From positions 1 to 16,614 of the forward strand of contig JBILDU010000070.1 in assembly GCA_044352465.1 (NCBI GenBank): 16,614 nt of DNA, written 5' to 3'. Origin of the DNA: Bdellovibrionota bacterium. GTDB lineage: Bacteria; Bdellovibrionota_C; UBA2361. The notes under the pieces were generated by a model. The model saw nothing but the letters and a program-made list of their open reading frames with translations, had not been told where the DNA came from and searched no databases. The position numbers and the translations under genes are program-made. Every line of letters starts with the position of its first letter. Position 1 is the stretch's first letter. This document shows, piece by piece, positions 1 through 8,055 of the stretch.

Positions 1-656
1 CCGCCCCCCGCAAAGAACGCCCAGAGGAGCGCCCCCAAAAAAAATCCCCCCCGCTCAAACACCTCGCACTCGATCCCGCGACGGTGATCCGTGAGTTTTC
101 GCACCCACCGACCGGAGAGACGCGCGATGACGATCCACTCGCCGCACCGGTCGGCGACTACAAAGCTTTCTCTCGCCCCGCCGGCTCGGGCGCCGCTATC
201 GTCGGGCTCCGTGGCTCGAACGACTACCTCCCCCACCTACCGGACGGGGACCTCACCCTCTTAAACACCAAGGCGAATCGGTTCGCGGTCTTCGTCCGCC
301 GAGTAGCCACTCAGGTCTTTGGGCAACTTCGAGTATCGGGGTGGGAATATCTCAACGCAGGAGATATCAACCGGATCGACGACCACGCCACCGTCGTTGC
401 TACCCTTACTCCTGCCGGGGAACTCCTCGAGGCTCGCCTGATCGCCTCTTCGGGCAGTCGGCGATTCGACGAGGTCGTTCTCGCTGCGGTCAAAAAAGGT
501 GCTCGAGATCCCCACCCCCCATCCGGTGCTGAAAGTCCGGATGGCATGATCCGATTTATCTTTAAATCAAAAAGTTGGGTGCGACTCTCGGCCGATCCCC
601 GCGGACCCGGGTTCGGCGAAAGACGGTGGATATTACTGGGGACGGGGCTCGAGTGA
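1..656 (+). CDS. TonB family protein, C-terminal domain (energy transducer TonB-like); 5'-truncated by the window
   Basis: The frame is open from position 3 (APRKERPEERPQKKSPPLKHL..., a Pro/Lys/Glu-rich linker), so the 84 start in the ORF track is probably not the real start. The C-terminus has a TonB_C-like pattern (ATLTPAGELLEARLIASSGSRRFDEVVLAAVKKGA), preceded by NDYLP...DG..TLLNT. Confidence 0.7.
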   Translation, partial: APRKERPEERPQKKSPPLKHLALDPATVIREFSHPPTGETRDDDPLAAPVGDYKAFSRPAGSGAAIVGLRGSNDYLPHLPDGDLTLLNTKANRFAVFVRRVATQVFGQLRVSGWEYLNAGDINRIDDHATVVATLTPAGELLEARLIASSGSRRFDEVVLAAVKKGARDPHPPSGAESPDGMIRFIFKSKSWVRLSADPRGPGFGERRWILLGTGLE

Positions 657-911
657 GTATGCGCGAACGGTCAGCCCAGATATGGGTAGTTTTTGGGGGT
701 GGTCCCTCGAAAAATCGGGTAGCTATTTAACGCTCCCAGCGCACCTGCCTTACAGCGTGCGTCCCAACCAAACCGCTCGTGAAAGTCAACAAAACGCGAC
801 GCGAAGGTGAGAAGACCTCAGTCAGACGGAGCCCAAAGGCGGACCAGACAAAGAAACGAGTACTTCGACCGAAGGACAAGCTCTCAGGAGAAAAAATTTA
901 CATTCGGCGCA

Positions 912-3900
912 CTAGTTCCCACCCGGCGCATCGTTCGCGCCCGACGACCTCATCCGACTTAACCCGCTATTGGGACCAGCCTGCACTTGGGGGCTGCTAT
1001 TTAATAGTTGGTGATCTTGCGCTTGATGCGCTGGTTTGGTTACAAAATCAGGCGCAAGCGCTGCGGTAGCATCCGGTGGAGTCCACGAATGATACGCACC
1101 CTTCACCGCGCTTGCGCCGTAGTTGGCGTTCAAGCCACCGTGAATAGAGTTGGTACCGCCGCGATGCCCACCGGACTCTCCACTCTTATTCCAATCGAGG
1201 TGCCATGCGCTGCTTCCCGCGGCATCTCTTCCATCCGCCGTGCGGAGCTGACCAGACATTGCAAAACCGACCATATCGCTCGGCTTCGAGCCGGGGTCAA
1301 CGTTACCGGTCTGAATACCGAGGGCAGCCGACCAGCCACCCACCTGATTCGCAAACGCATTCCGCTCGTGCCACGCCTCTTGCTTGGCCGAGAAATCAGC
1401 GTAGCTCCGCATATTCCCCTGGGCAGCGCCGAGCTGGGATGAGTTTGCATTCGCCTGAAAGGCGCGCATATCGAGCCCCGCCTGCTGCTGCGCATACTGA
1501 TTCGACGCGCCGTAGAAATCGGTGGCGCCTTGAAAATTACTCTCAGCCATCCCCAGCTGCAACCCGGCGTCGGTTAACGCTCCACCGGTCTTCGAGGCCC
1601 CAGTGCCAAAAGTTGACCCACCACCTTGGCCCCCCCCCTTCGCTCCTGACGGCGGTGTGGGATCAAATGCTCGGCGAACACCCTCTCCAGCGAGCGGAGA
1701 CGCCACATTTGCGCCGCCCTGCCCACCCGCCAACGCCCACCGCCCTGCGGCTTCTCGCATCGCCATGGCGTTCTGGCTTTGCCCCATGATCCGACCGATC
1801 GCACCACTCGCGGCCTGCGCCTCGCTCCCCGCTCGGCCCTCCTCAAGTTGCTTCACTGAATAGCCGAGCGCTTGCGCCGCGAACCCTTGCTTCGCCATCG
1901 CTTTCGCTTCGCTCGACTGACCGATCGTGGCGGCATTCGAGCGGAGCTTCATCGACAGGTCGCCTTGGTAACCCGACGACGCCGCCCGACCCGCGTCCGA
2001 GGCCACTCCACCGATCATCGAATTCACCATGCTCGATGCACCGGACCGGGCACCCAAGACGAGCTGACCCGTCACCGCCGGGATCGCCATATAGAGCGCC
2101 GCCATGATGTAGATGTAGTAAGAGTTCGCTAAGTCGAGGTTAAGCGCCTTACTCATCAGGAGCGATTGGTCGAAAAGCTGCCACGCCTCGTTGACCGAAG
2201 CTTGGAAAGCGATCGTTTGGTTATCAAAATTGACCGCACCGCTCGGTCCGTTTAATGAGAAGATCGGTATCGGACACAGCGCATCGCCGCTACACGCTAC
2301 CCAATCTGCTTCACCAACGAGCTCATCGACCCGAACGATTCGATCGGAAAGGAACTTCACGTTCCCCCCCTGACTCGTCATCGCCCAGATACTTCGCTCG
2401 AGCGCTTTAACGATGGCGAAACCGAGGTCCCACATCTTTGCCCACGCCCAGAACGACATCCAGGTGAACACCGCCTTGTGCCAACCCGGCACAACAACGA
2501 GGACACACGCGAAGGGATAGGCGACTGCGAGAAAATAGAGCAGCGTACCCTGGATATAAGGGAGGAGGAGCGACCAAGTGTATAGCTCGCTAAATTTGCT
2601 CTTGGCGGAGGTCGTCTTGAGCGCTAGCTCAACGTTCTGCTGGGTTCGCTCCTCATTGGTCTGGCGAATCGGGGTGATCTCCTTCGTGATCATGTACTCG
2701 TTTCGAAAGAGATGGAGGAGGATCAGATTGTAGGCGAATCGTTGCCGCTCCGGCAGGGTCAAGAGCTCCCCCTCCGTGCCCACGGTGAATGCACTCGTCC
2801 ACTCCCGGTCCCTACGGATATCCCAGCCGTAGAAAAGGCTCGAGATAAGCATCTCTTCCCGCTCGTTATCCTCCGGAACAACGCCCGTCTCAGGGATAAA
2901 CTCAGGTCCAACCGAGTTCCAAAGACCGTGATACTTAAACGCCGCCTCAAGACGGAGCGCCTGCATCAACAGAAAAAGGTAATGCTCACAATCGATCGTG
3001 GTCAAATTAAGGGTAGATTCGAGTGAATTGCCTGGCCAGTTCTGCATCAAACTCCCCAAGCCGGTCCTTACGACGTTACCGAGACTGGAGGGCACGGAGA
3101 CGATGGTATTCCTTAAATTCCGTCCCGAGCCGTTGTACGTGCGGTTAACTTGGTTACAGGTATCATCGCTTGCGCAGGTGATAACCGAGGGGGGAAGCCG
3201 CCGCCCCCCAGAGGCCATCGCCGCCATCATCGCCTGGGTATTAAAACTCTTCCGCAGCGCATCGCCGCACATCACGAAGAAGTTCGAGAACGCATCCCGA
3301 AAGTCCGGGTTATCGACGCTCGCCGAGGTGATCTCCTCGAGAGCCTGCCACTTGACATCGGCATAGAGGCTCCACAAGACTCCCACCGGCAGGTTCTGCG
3401 TTCCGATGTTCGGGAGCTCAGGGAGATTGGTATCACCAGCCCCTTGACCAGCCTCAAGGTTATAGAGCCCGGTCCACCGCATCATGTTGATCATCGTTGA
3501 GCTTATGAGCTCATCGAACCACAGAAACGCTGCAGAAACTGAAACCCACGCACGCGGCTCAGCGTTCTTCGAGATACCCGCTGCGGTTGGACCGAGTATC
3601 CGGGCCGTATTCGAATTCGCAAGCCCGACCTCGGAGAGCTCCCACACCTTGCGTTGGAAATTCGTGAGCACCTGGGCATTTCCTACACACGGCATCGCCC
3701 ACCGCACCCCCTTGACCTCTATCTGGGTGCCGATGAGCCATGAGTAGATGGCCGGCCCCATGAAGAACCACATATAGGTCTTCGGTGGGGCACCCAGCGC
3801 TACCCCTACGAGGCCGCCGATGACCGCTAAAACGTAGAGGAGCGGGGCCCACAGTTGCAGGTCCGAGAACATAAGCTTATTAAGGACATCCGCCTGCACC

Positions 3901-4040
3901 CAGTAACCTTGGGTGGCAAAAGCGGCGGTGATCGCCGAGAACGTACTCGCTCGAAGCGGCGATTCCGGGCCATCATCGGGAGCCGCGGCGCACTGGAGGT
4001 CAACAAGACCTTGAACGATATCGATGATAATCGAATCCAT
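912..4040 (-). CDS. traG: TraG-like conjugative mating-pair stabilisation / inner-membrane protein (TraG_N-like domain plus long Gly/Ala/Ser/Gln-rich C-terminal tail)
   Basis: 1042 aa with an N-terminal TM pair, a large soluble loop, then a TraG_N-type TM block (LLPYIQGTLLYFLAVAYPFACVLVVVPGWHKAVFTWMSFWAWAKMWD), another TM (YYIYIMAALYMAIPAVTGQLV) and a low-complexity tail. RBS-like TAAGGAATTGAGGT lies directly before the ATG. It is the last gene after the traF/traH-like genes, as in F-type systems. Confidence 0.75.
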   Translation of the reverse strand: MDSIIIDIVQGLVDLQCAAAPDDGPESPLRASTFSAITAAFATQGYWVQADVLNKLMFSDLQLWAPLLYVLAVIGGLVGVALGAPPKTYMWFFMGPAIYSWLIGTQIEVKGVRWAMPCVGNAQVLTNFQRKVWELSEVGLANSNTARILGPTAAGISKNAEPRAWVSVSAAFLWFDELISSTMINMMRWTGLYNLEAGQGAGDTNLPELPNIGTQNLPVGVLWSLYADVKWQALEEITSASVDNPDFRDAFSNFFVMCGDALRKSFNTQAMMAAMASGGRRLPPSVITCASDDTCNQVNRTYNGSGRNLRNTIVSVPSSLGNVVRTGLGSLMQNWPGNSLESTLNLTTIDCEHYLFLLMQALRLEAAFKYHGLWNSVGPEFIPETGVVPEDNEREEMLISSLFYGWDIRRDREWTSAFTVGTEGELLTLPERQRFAYNLILLHLFRNEYMITKEITPIRQTNEERTQQNVELALKTTSAKSKFSELYTWSLLLPYIQGTLLYFLAVAYPFACVLVVVPGWHKAVFTWMSFWAWAKMWDLGFAIVKALERSIWAMTSQGGNVKFLSDRIVRVDELVGEADWVACSGDALCPIPIFSLNGPSGAVNFDNQTIAFQASVNEAWQLFDQSLLMSKALNLDLANSYYIYIMAALYMAIPAVTGQLVLGARSGASSMVNSMIGGVASDAGRAASSGYQGDLSMKLRSNAATIGQSSEAKAMAKQGFAAQALGYSVKQLEEGRAGSEAQAASGAIGRIMGQSQNAMAMREAAGRWALAGGQGGANVASPLAGEGVRRAFDPTPPSGAKGGGQGGGSTFGTGASKTGGALTDAGLQLGMAESNFQGATDFYGASNQYAQQQAGLDMRAFQANANSSQLGAAQGNMRSYADFSAKQEAWHERNAFANQVGGWSAALGIQTGNVDPGSKPSDMVGFAMSGQLRTADGRDAAGSSAWHLDWNKSGESGGHRGGTNSIHGGLNANYGASAVKGAYHSWTPPDATAALAPDFVTKPAHQAQDHQLLNSSPQVQAGPNSGLSRMRSSGANDAPGGN

Positions 4041-4051
4041 ACCTCAATTCC

Positions 4052-5635
4052 TTAGCGCAACCGCCCCGAATCCTGATTCTCAGAGACGAGAATCTGAGCG
4101 AACTCCCGCACCTTCGCTAGAACGCTCTCGTACTCACGCTGAATATCCCGTGTCCCCGCAACGCCGTACACCATGTCGAGGGCGAGGCTCCGCGTAGCAC
4201 CATCGAACGCGCCCGCTGAGAGACCTTTGATAAGCTGCTCAGCCGCGATGTAGGTGTTGAGGGTCTTGAGCCGCCCAAGCATCAGCGCGTACGAAAATAT
4301 AATCCGCGATAGCCGCGTTGCATTGGAGCCCCACTGCCCACCGCTCGCGATATTCTCGATATTCGTCGGGCGGTCTTCCCACGACCGCAACTCGTCGCAC
4401 GCGGGCTCCCCGCGAGTTCGCCCGAGCGATTCCTCGAACTCCCGATAGAACGCCTGAACCTCCGGCATACCGGTCATATGCCCGACCACCGCCAATCGAC
4501 CCATCAACTCCTGCGTCCTCTCCTGCCGATAGTAGCTCGTGCGAAACGGGCTCGGCGGGCCCACGACCTGGCCCGGATTAAGTTCAGTACACAGCCCCTG
4601 GAGCAAGTCGTGAATCACGTTGTACGCCACCGTGGTATGCCGCCGGTGAAGCTCCTCGGGAAGAATCGTCGGTCTGATTTTCGTGTGATTGAATTGGCGC
4701 GCCCCCGTATTTCCCGGAGTGATGGAGAATACGATGTCGCCGATCGTCTCGAGGAACGTCCCGCGAATAGCATTTAACGCTTGGGGGTCCCCCGGGTTGG
4801 TCTCCGAGTTAAAGAGATAGTCGGTTAACTTCATCTCGTTGGGGTTACCGTTCGGGACACCGATATTATTGAAGCTACTCGGGTGATCAGCATCGTCCTG
4901 CAAATTGAATCCGACTGGGCTCACCGACGAGAACGGAGTCACACCCGACGTATTCGTAATCGCCTCGCCGCCCTGACACTCTGCATCAGCCTGCGGCCAT
5001 GTTTTCCGGTCGGTTGAAGCGCTCATCTTCCGATACATACAGTCTTGGTAGGCCCGCAAAGCCAAGATCCCCTCGGGAGATACGTTGGCATTCGCGATAA
5101 ACGCTTGATTAGCGAGAAAGCGACTCTGGAGCGCCTGATTGACGTTACTAAGCGCGATGCTCATTCCGGCTGAAATCCCCGGTTCGGTAAGCTGCATCGC
5201 CACGTTCATAAGCGTCATCGGTGCGACAAGAGCATTGGCCGCCTGATTCGAATACGCCATTGAGTTGACGATCGACTGAAAACCACTCATCGGGGAGAGG
5301 GAGTTAAGCGACCTCTGTCGTCTTCCCGGTTCAGGCTGTGGGGGTGGTGTGTTTCCTACCTCGTTGCAGTTCCCGTTGGCACACCAAATGTTGGGATTCG
5401 ATGAGCGACCGACTAAGCTGTTTGCCAATGCCTCAAGACGTGAGGCTGAGGTGAGTGAGTTAGCGGGATTAGAGAGCTGAGCGACCTCCTCGTTTCGCCC
5501 CATCGCGTAGAGACCGGTGGCCGAATCCCCACTTGGGTCTTCCACACCCGGATACGGATACCCGAGCGCAATCTGGGGAAGGATCCACCAGACCCCCAGA
5601 ACGACAATAAACCCCGGTATATATCCACGCCGCAT
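4052..5635 (-). CDS. traH: TraH-like exported pilus assembly protein (divergent)
   Basis: Signal peptide (MRRGYIPGFIVVLGVWWILPQIALG) and 6 Cys. The segment NVAMQLTEPGISAGMSIALSNVNQAL and the later C...W..A...C and FLETIGDIVFS segments resemble TraH/ICE-family features. It sits between traF-like and traG-like genes. The canonical CGGID motif is not visible. Confidence 0.55.
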   Translation of the reverse strand: MRRGYIPGFIVVLGVWWILPQIALGYPYPGVEDPSGDSATGLYAMGRNEEVAQLSNPANSLTSASRLEALANSLVGRSSNPNIWCANGNCNEVGNTPPPQPEPGRRQRSLNSLSPMSGFQSIVNSMAYSNQAANALVAPMTLMNVAMQLTEPGISAGMSIALSNVNQALQSRFLANQAFIANANVSPEGILALRAYQDCMYRKMSASTDRKTWPQADAECQGGEAITNTSGVTPFSSVSPVGFNLQDDADHPSSFNNIGVPNGNPNEMKLTDYLFNSETNPGDPQALNAIRGTFLETIGDIVFSITPGNTGARQFNHTKIRPTILPEELHRRHTTVAYNVIHDLLQGLCTELNPGQVVGPPSPFRTSYYRQERTQELMGRLAVVGHMTGMPEVQAFYREFEESLGRTRGEPACDELRSWEDRPTNIENIASGGQWGSNATRLSRIIFSYALMLGRLKTLNTYIAAEQLIKGLSAGAFDGATRSLALDMVYGVAGTRDIQREYESVLAKVREFAQILVSENQDSGRLR

Positions 5636-5642
5636 AAGCTAC

Positions 5643-6833
5643 CTATCTCCCCGTATCCATGGATTTGAGAATTTGCTCCAGCTCACTAAAACGAACGATC
5701 CCCTCCCGCGACACGGTCTTTCCCGTACGCGGATCCGTGATAACCAACGTCGGAGATTTTGTGAGCTGCATCGACTGGGCGAGCCGCGAACCGTCTCGGA
5801 TCAAGAACGTCGTCCGGGTAACCGACTTAAATCGTTGAGCTTCGCCTTGATTGAAGTTACTGGCTACGAATCCCACCACGTTAACCTTACGACCGGAACG
5901 GTGGAGCGACTCGATCTCCGGAGCCATCTCAAGCGCTCCACGATCGTTCGGTGAGAAGAAGAAGAAGACATCCACCGGCTGAGCGGCGGGGGCCGTGCCG
6001 TTCACACGACCAGCAGCTCCCCCCTCGTTGTTGATAAACGCTTGGGCCGCAGAGTCGTCGCTCATCGAGGGGACGATACTGTTCTCTCCACCCGGAGCGT
6101 TGCGCTCATCCGCACGCCTCTCCGCGGCTTTCGCCTCCTCAAACATCTCGCGGGTACGCTCATCGAGCCCACCGCTCTTCGCGGCGATACCACTCCGCTC
6201 AAGATCGCGCTCCAGAATCTCTTGATCCTCAACAAAATCGGGACCGCCTTTCCACTGCCCCGGTTCCGCCATCCCCTCACGCTCAAGCGCCTTCCCGGTC
6301 ATGCTCATAAGCCGCGCATTTTGGCTCTGCACATGGCCGATGTAGCGAACATATTGGCGGGCGTATTGAAAGGCGAGATCGTCGTGCCCCGCTTCAAGCG
6401 CGCGAAGCATCGCTTTAAAGGGCTTCGGAGCGTTTTCAACCGCAAGCATCGGTAGCTTCTCCTCGGGGTCACCGAATTCGGCGGTGATATCTTCCTCGCT
6501 CGTATTCTCCGGATCGAATGCGGTGCCACCATCTTTAGCCTTGTCGGGAGCGACAGCGGCCTCGTCTGCACGGGCAGCAGGACGTTCCTTCTTTTTGCGC
6601 GCAGCCAACTCGCGCTCACGTAGGCGCCCCGCGTTCACGACCACGATGGAGTCATCGAACACCGAGAGAGCAGCATCACGGTCAAAAAAGTCGAGTGAGG
6701 ATTCCTCGGCACCAACCGCCGGCCCCGCGAGCAGCATCCCCACAAGGAGCGCCACACAGACGCGGGACTGCGACGTCACCGCGAACTTCTCGGCAAGGCG
6801 ATCTGAACTCTTCTTTCGAACGAATGCGCGCAC
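5643..6833 (-). CDS. traF: TraF-like exported protein with C-terminal thioredoxin-like fold, no CxxC
   Basis: GTG start with AGAGGT 7 nt upstream and a signal peptide ending ...AGPAVGA. A helical middle region is followed by VDVFFFFSPNDRGALEMAPEIESL...VNVVGF and a cis-Pro loop LAQSMQLTKSPTLVI, matching the TraF thioredoxin-domain pattern. It lies directly upstream of the traH-like gene. Confidence 0.6.
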   Translation of the reverse strand: MRAFVRKKSSDRLAEKFAVTSQSRVCVALLVGMLLAGPAVGAEESSLDFFDRDAALSVFDDSIVVVNAGRLRERELAARKKKERPAARADEAAVAPDKAKDGGTAFDPENTSEEDITAEFGDPEEKLPMLAVENAPKPFKAMLRALEAGHDDLAFQYARQYVRYIGHVQSQNARLMSMTGKALEREGMAEPGQWKGGPDFVEDQEILERDLERSGIAAKSGGLDERTREMFEEAKAAERRADERNAPGGENSIVPSMSDDSAAQAFINNEGGAAGRVNGTAPAAQPVDVFFFFSPNDRGALEMAPEIESLHRSGRKVNVVGFVASNFNQGEAQRFKSVTRTTFLIRDGSRLAQSMQLTKSPTLVITDPRTGKTVSREGIVRFSELEQILKSMDTGR

Positions 6834-6949
6834 GCGTAGAACCTCTCGTCGTCGACGTCTAACGTTGCAATGAGCGCTTCTCTCCCGCGCGAAGCGCCCC
6901 TCCTGGTCATAAAGAGTTATGGAGGTTTTAGGGACTTATGTGCCCTTTA

Positions 6950-6969
6950 CGATAATGATTTTCAGGCTC
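6950..6969. promoter_or_regulatory. Fur-box-like operator upstream of the traF-traH-traG-like genes
   Basis: GATAATGATTTTCAGGCTC (6951-6969) matches the 19-bp Fur consensus GATAATGATAATCATTATC at 14/19. cGATAAT-G-ATTtTCA (6950-6964) matches the 7-1-7 form at 12/14. It lies in an AT-rich intergenic stretch. Confidence 0.4.
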
Positions 6970-7033
6970 GCTACGGCTGGGGGGATAATCAAAAAACCAT
7001 GCAGTACCGAAGACTTAGAGACTCAGCGCGCGC

Positions 7034-7876
7034 CTACAACTTTGGCTGGGCGCCACCGAAAAGAGCATCGGGGGTCGGACTCGGGCTGGGCACGGGGGTC
7101 GCAGGAATAGAACTAACGTCCCCTTCAACCGGTTTAAGCGCTGGTGCGGCCACATCCCGCGAGACCCGCATCTCGTTTGGTTTCTCGACGAACTCCCCCT
7201 TCATATTGAAGTGCGCTGCGAGCGGCCCGGTCGCCTCGAGGAGGATCTCCCCTTCCGGAGTTCGGAGCACCCACGTTGGTGACATCTTTATCTTGTAGTG
7301 CTCCGGAGCAGCCTCGGCCGCTTCCACGATCCCTTGGCGGGCGACGAGGTAGAGCGCTTCGGGAGACGACATGAGATTTTGTACCGAGCCGATCGCCCAG
7401 ATAAACCCCACATCGAGATCGTATCTTTCAACGACCTCGAGAAGCTCTTTGAGCTTCGCATCAAAGTGGGTTTTATCAACCGCATTGATGACCCCCCCGA
7501 TCGAAAGAACCTTATGATTCTTCTCGAGAGCGGTGAGGTCCCCCGCTTGAATCTGCCCCTCGCGTTGCATCGCTTCGATTCGGCTCTTGGCTTCCTCCTC
7601 GGCGGAACGACCCCCTGCCGCTGGAGCTGCTTCAACCCGCGGGGCCTCATTGGGTGCCGGCGAGGCACCGTCTCCCAGTTTGCGCGGCGCTCCCGAAGCA
7701 GGCTGTTCACTCAGCGGATTACGCGCAAAATCACGCTCAAAAAAGGGGTTTTTCTCCTGCCCGTCGGCGGAGCGCCCCAGACACACAAGCACCAGAAAAA
7801 AGCCCAGCGATACCGCTCTCGGTAAAAGTTCTCCGCGGAGGCCGCCTCGCGCATTTCGGTATTCCATAGCTCTCAC
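7034..7876 (-). CDS. TrbC-like (F-type pilin assembly, thioredoxin-like) exported protein; start may be the ATG at 7867
   Basis: Signal peptide (AVSLGFFLVLVCLGRSADG) and Pro/Ala-rich linkers at both ends. The alpha/beta core ends in APEHYKIKMSPTWVL, similar to the TrbC 'F..Y.I..VP.FV' motif. It lies directly downstream of the traU-like gene, as in F. Confidence 0.5.
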   Translation of the reverse strand: MRAMEYRNARGGLRGELLPRAVSLGFFLVLVCLGRSADGQEKNPFFERDFARNPLSEQPASGAPRKLGDGASPAPNEAPRVEAAPAAGGRSAEEEAKSRIEAMQREGQIQAGDLTALEKNHKVLSIGGVINAVDKTHFDAKLKELLEVVERYDLDVGFIWAIGSVQNLMSSPEALYLVARQGIVEAAEAAPEHYKIKMSPTWVLRTPEGEILLEATGPLAAHFNMKGEFVEKPNEMRVSRDVAAPALKPVEGDVSSIPATPVPSPSPTPDALFGGAQPKL

Positions 7877-8055
7877 GACAACCGAAGTTTTGACACATCC
7901 ATACGGGCACTACCGCGACGACTGACACCAGGCTTTACTCATCGACACCTGCCTATCCATAAAGCTATCCGTCCGTGGGGCACTCACACGGTGTCGCGCG
8001 AAACATCCCACCGTCCGGTGCGCACGCCTGCGCGCAGTCGTTTCAAAAGCCACTT

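Noticed and set aside
868..896. ACCGAAGGACAAGCTCTCAGGAGAAAAAA resembles the glycine riboswitch core (CCGAAG...CTCTCAGG)
   Set aside because: There is no upstream GGAGA/P1-P2 and the P3a pairing is imperfect. No plus-strand gene lies downstream, and the site is far from gcvT. It is probably chance; an RF00504 scan would settle it.
779..1069. 96-aa plus-strand ORF in the tonB-traG gap as a possible exclusion gene
   Set aside because: It overlaps the traG 3' end by about 160 bp, is basic and low-information, and has no convincing TM segments or RBS.
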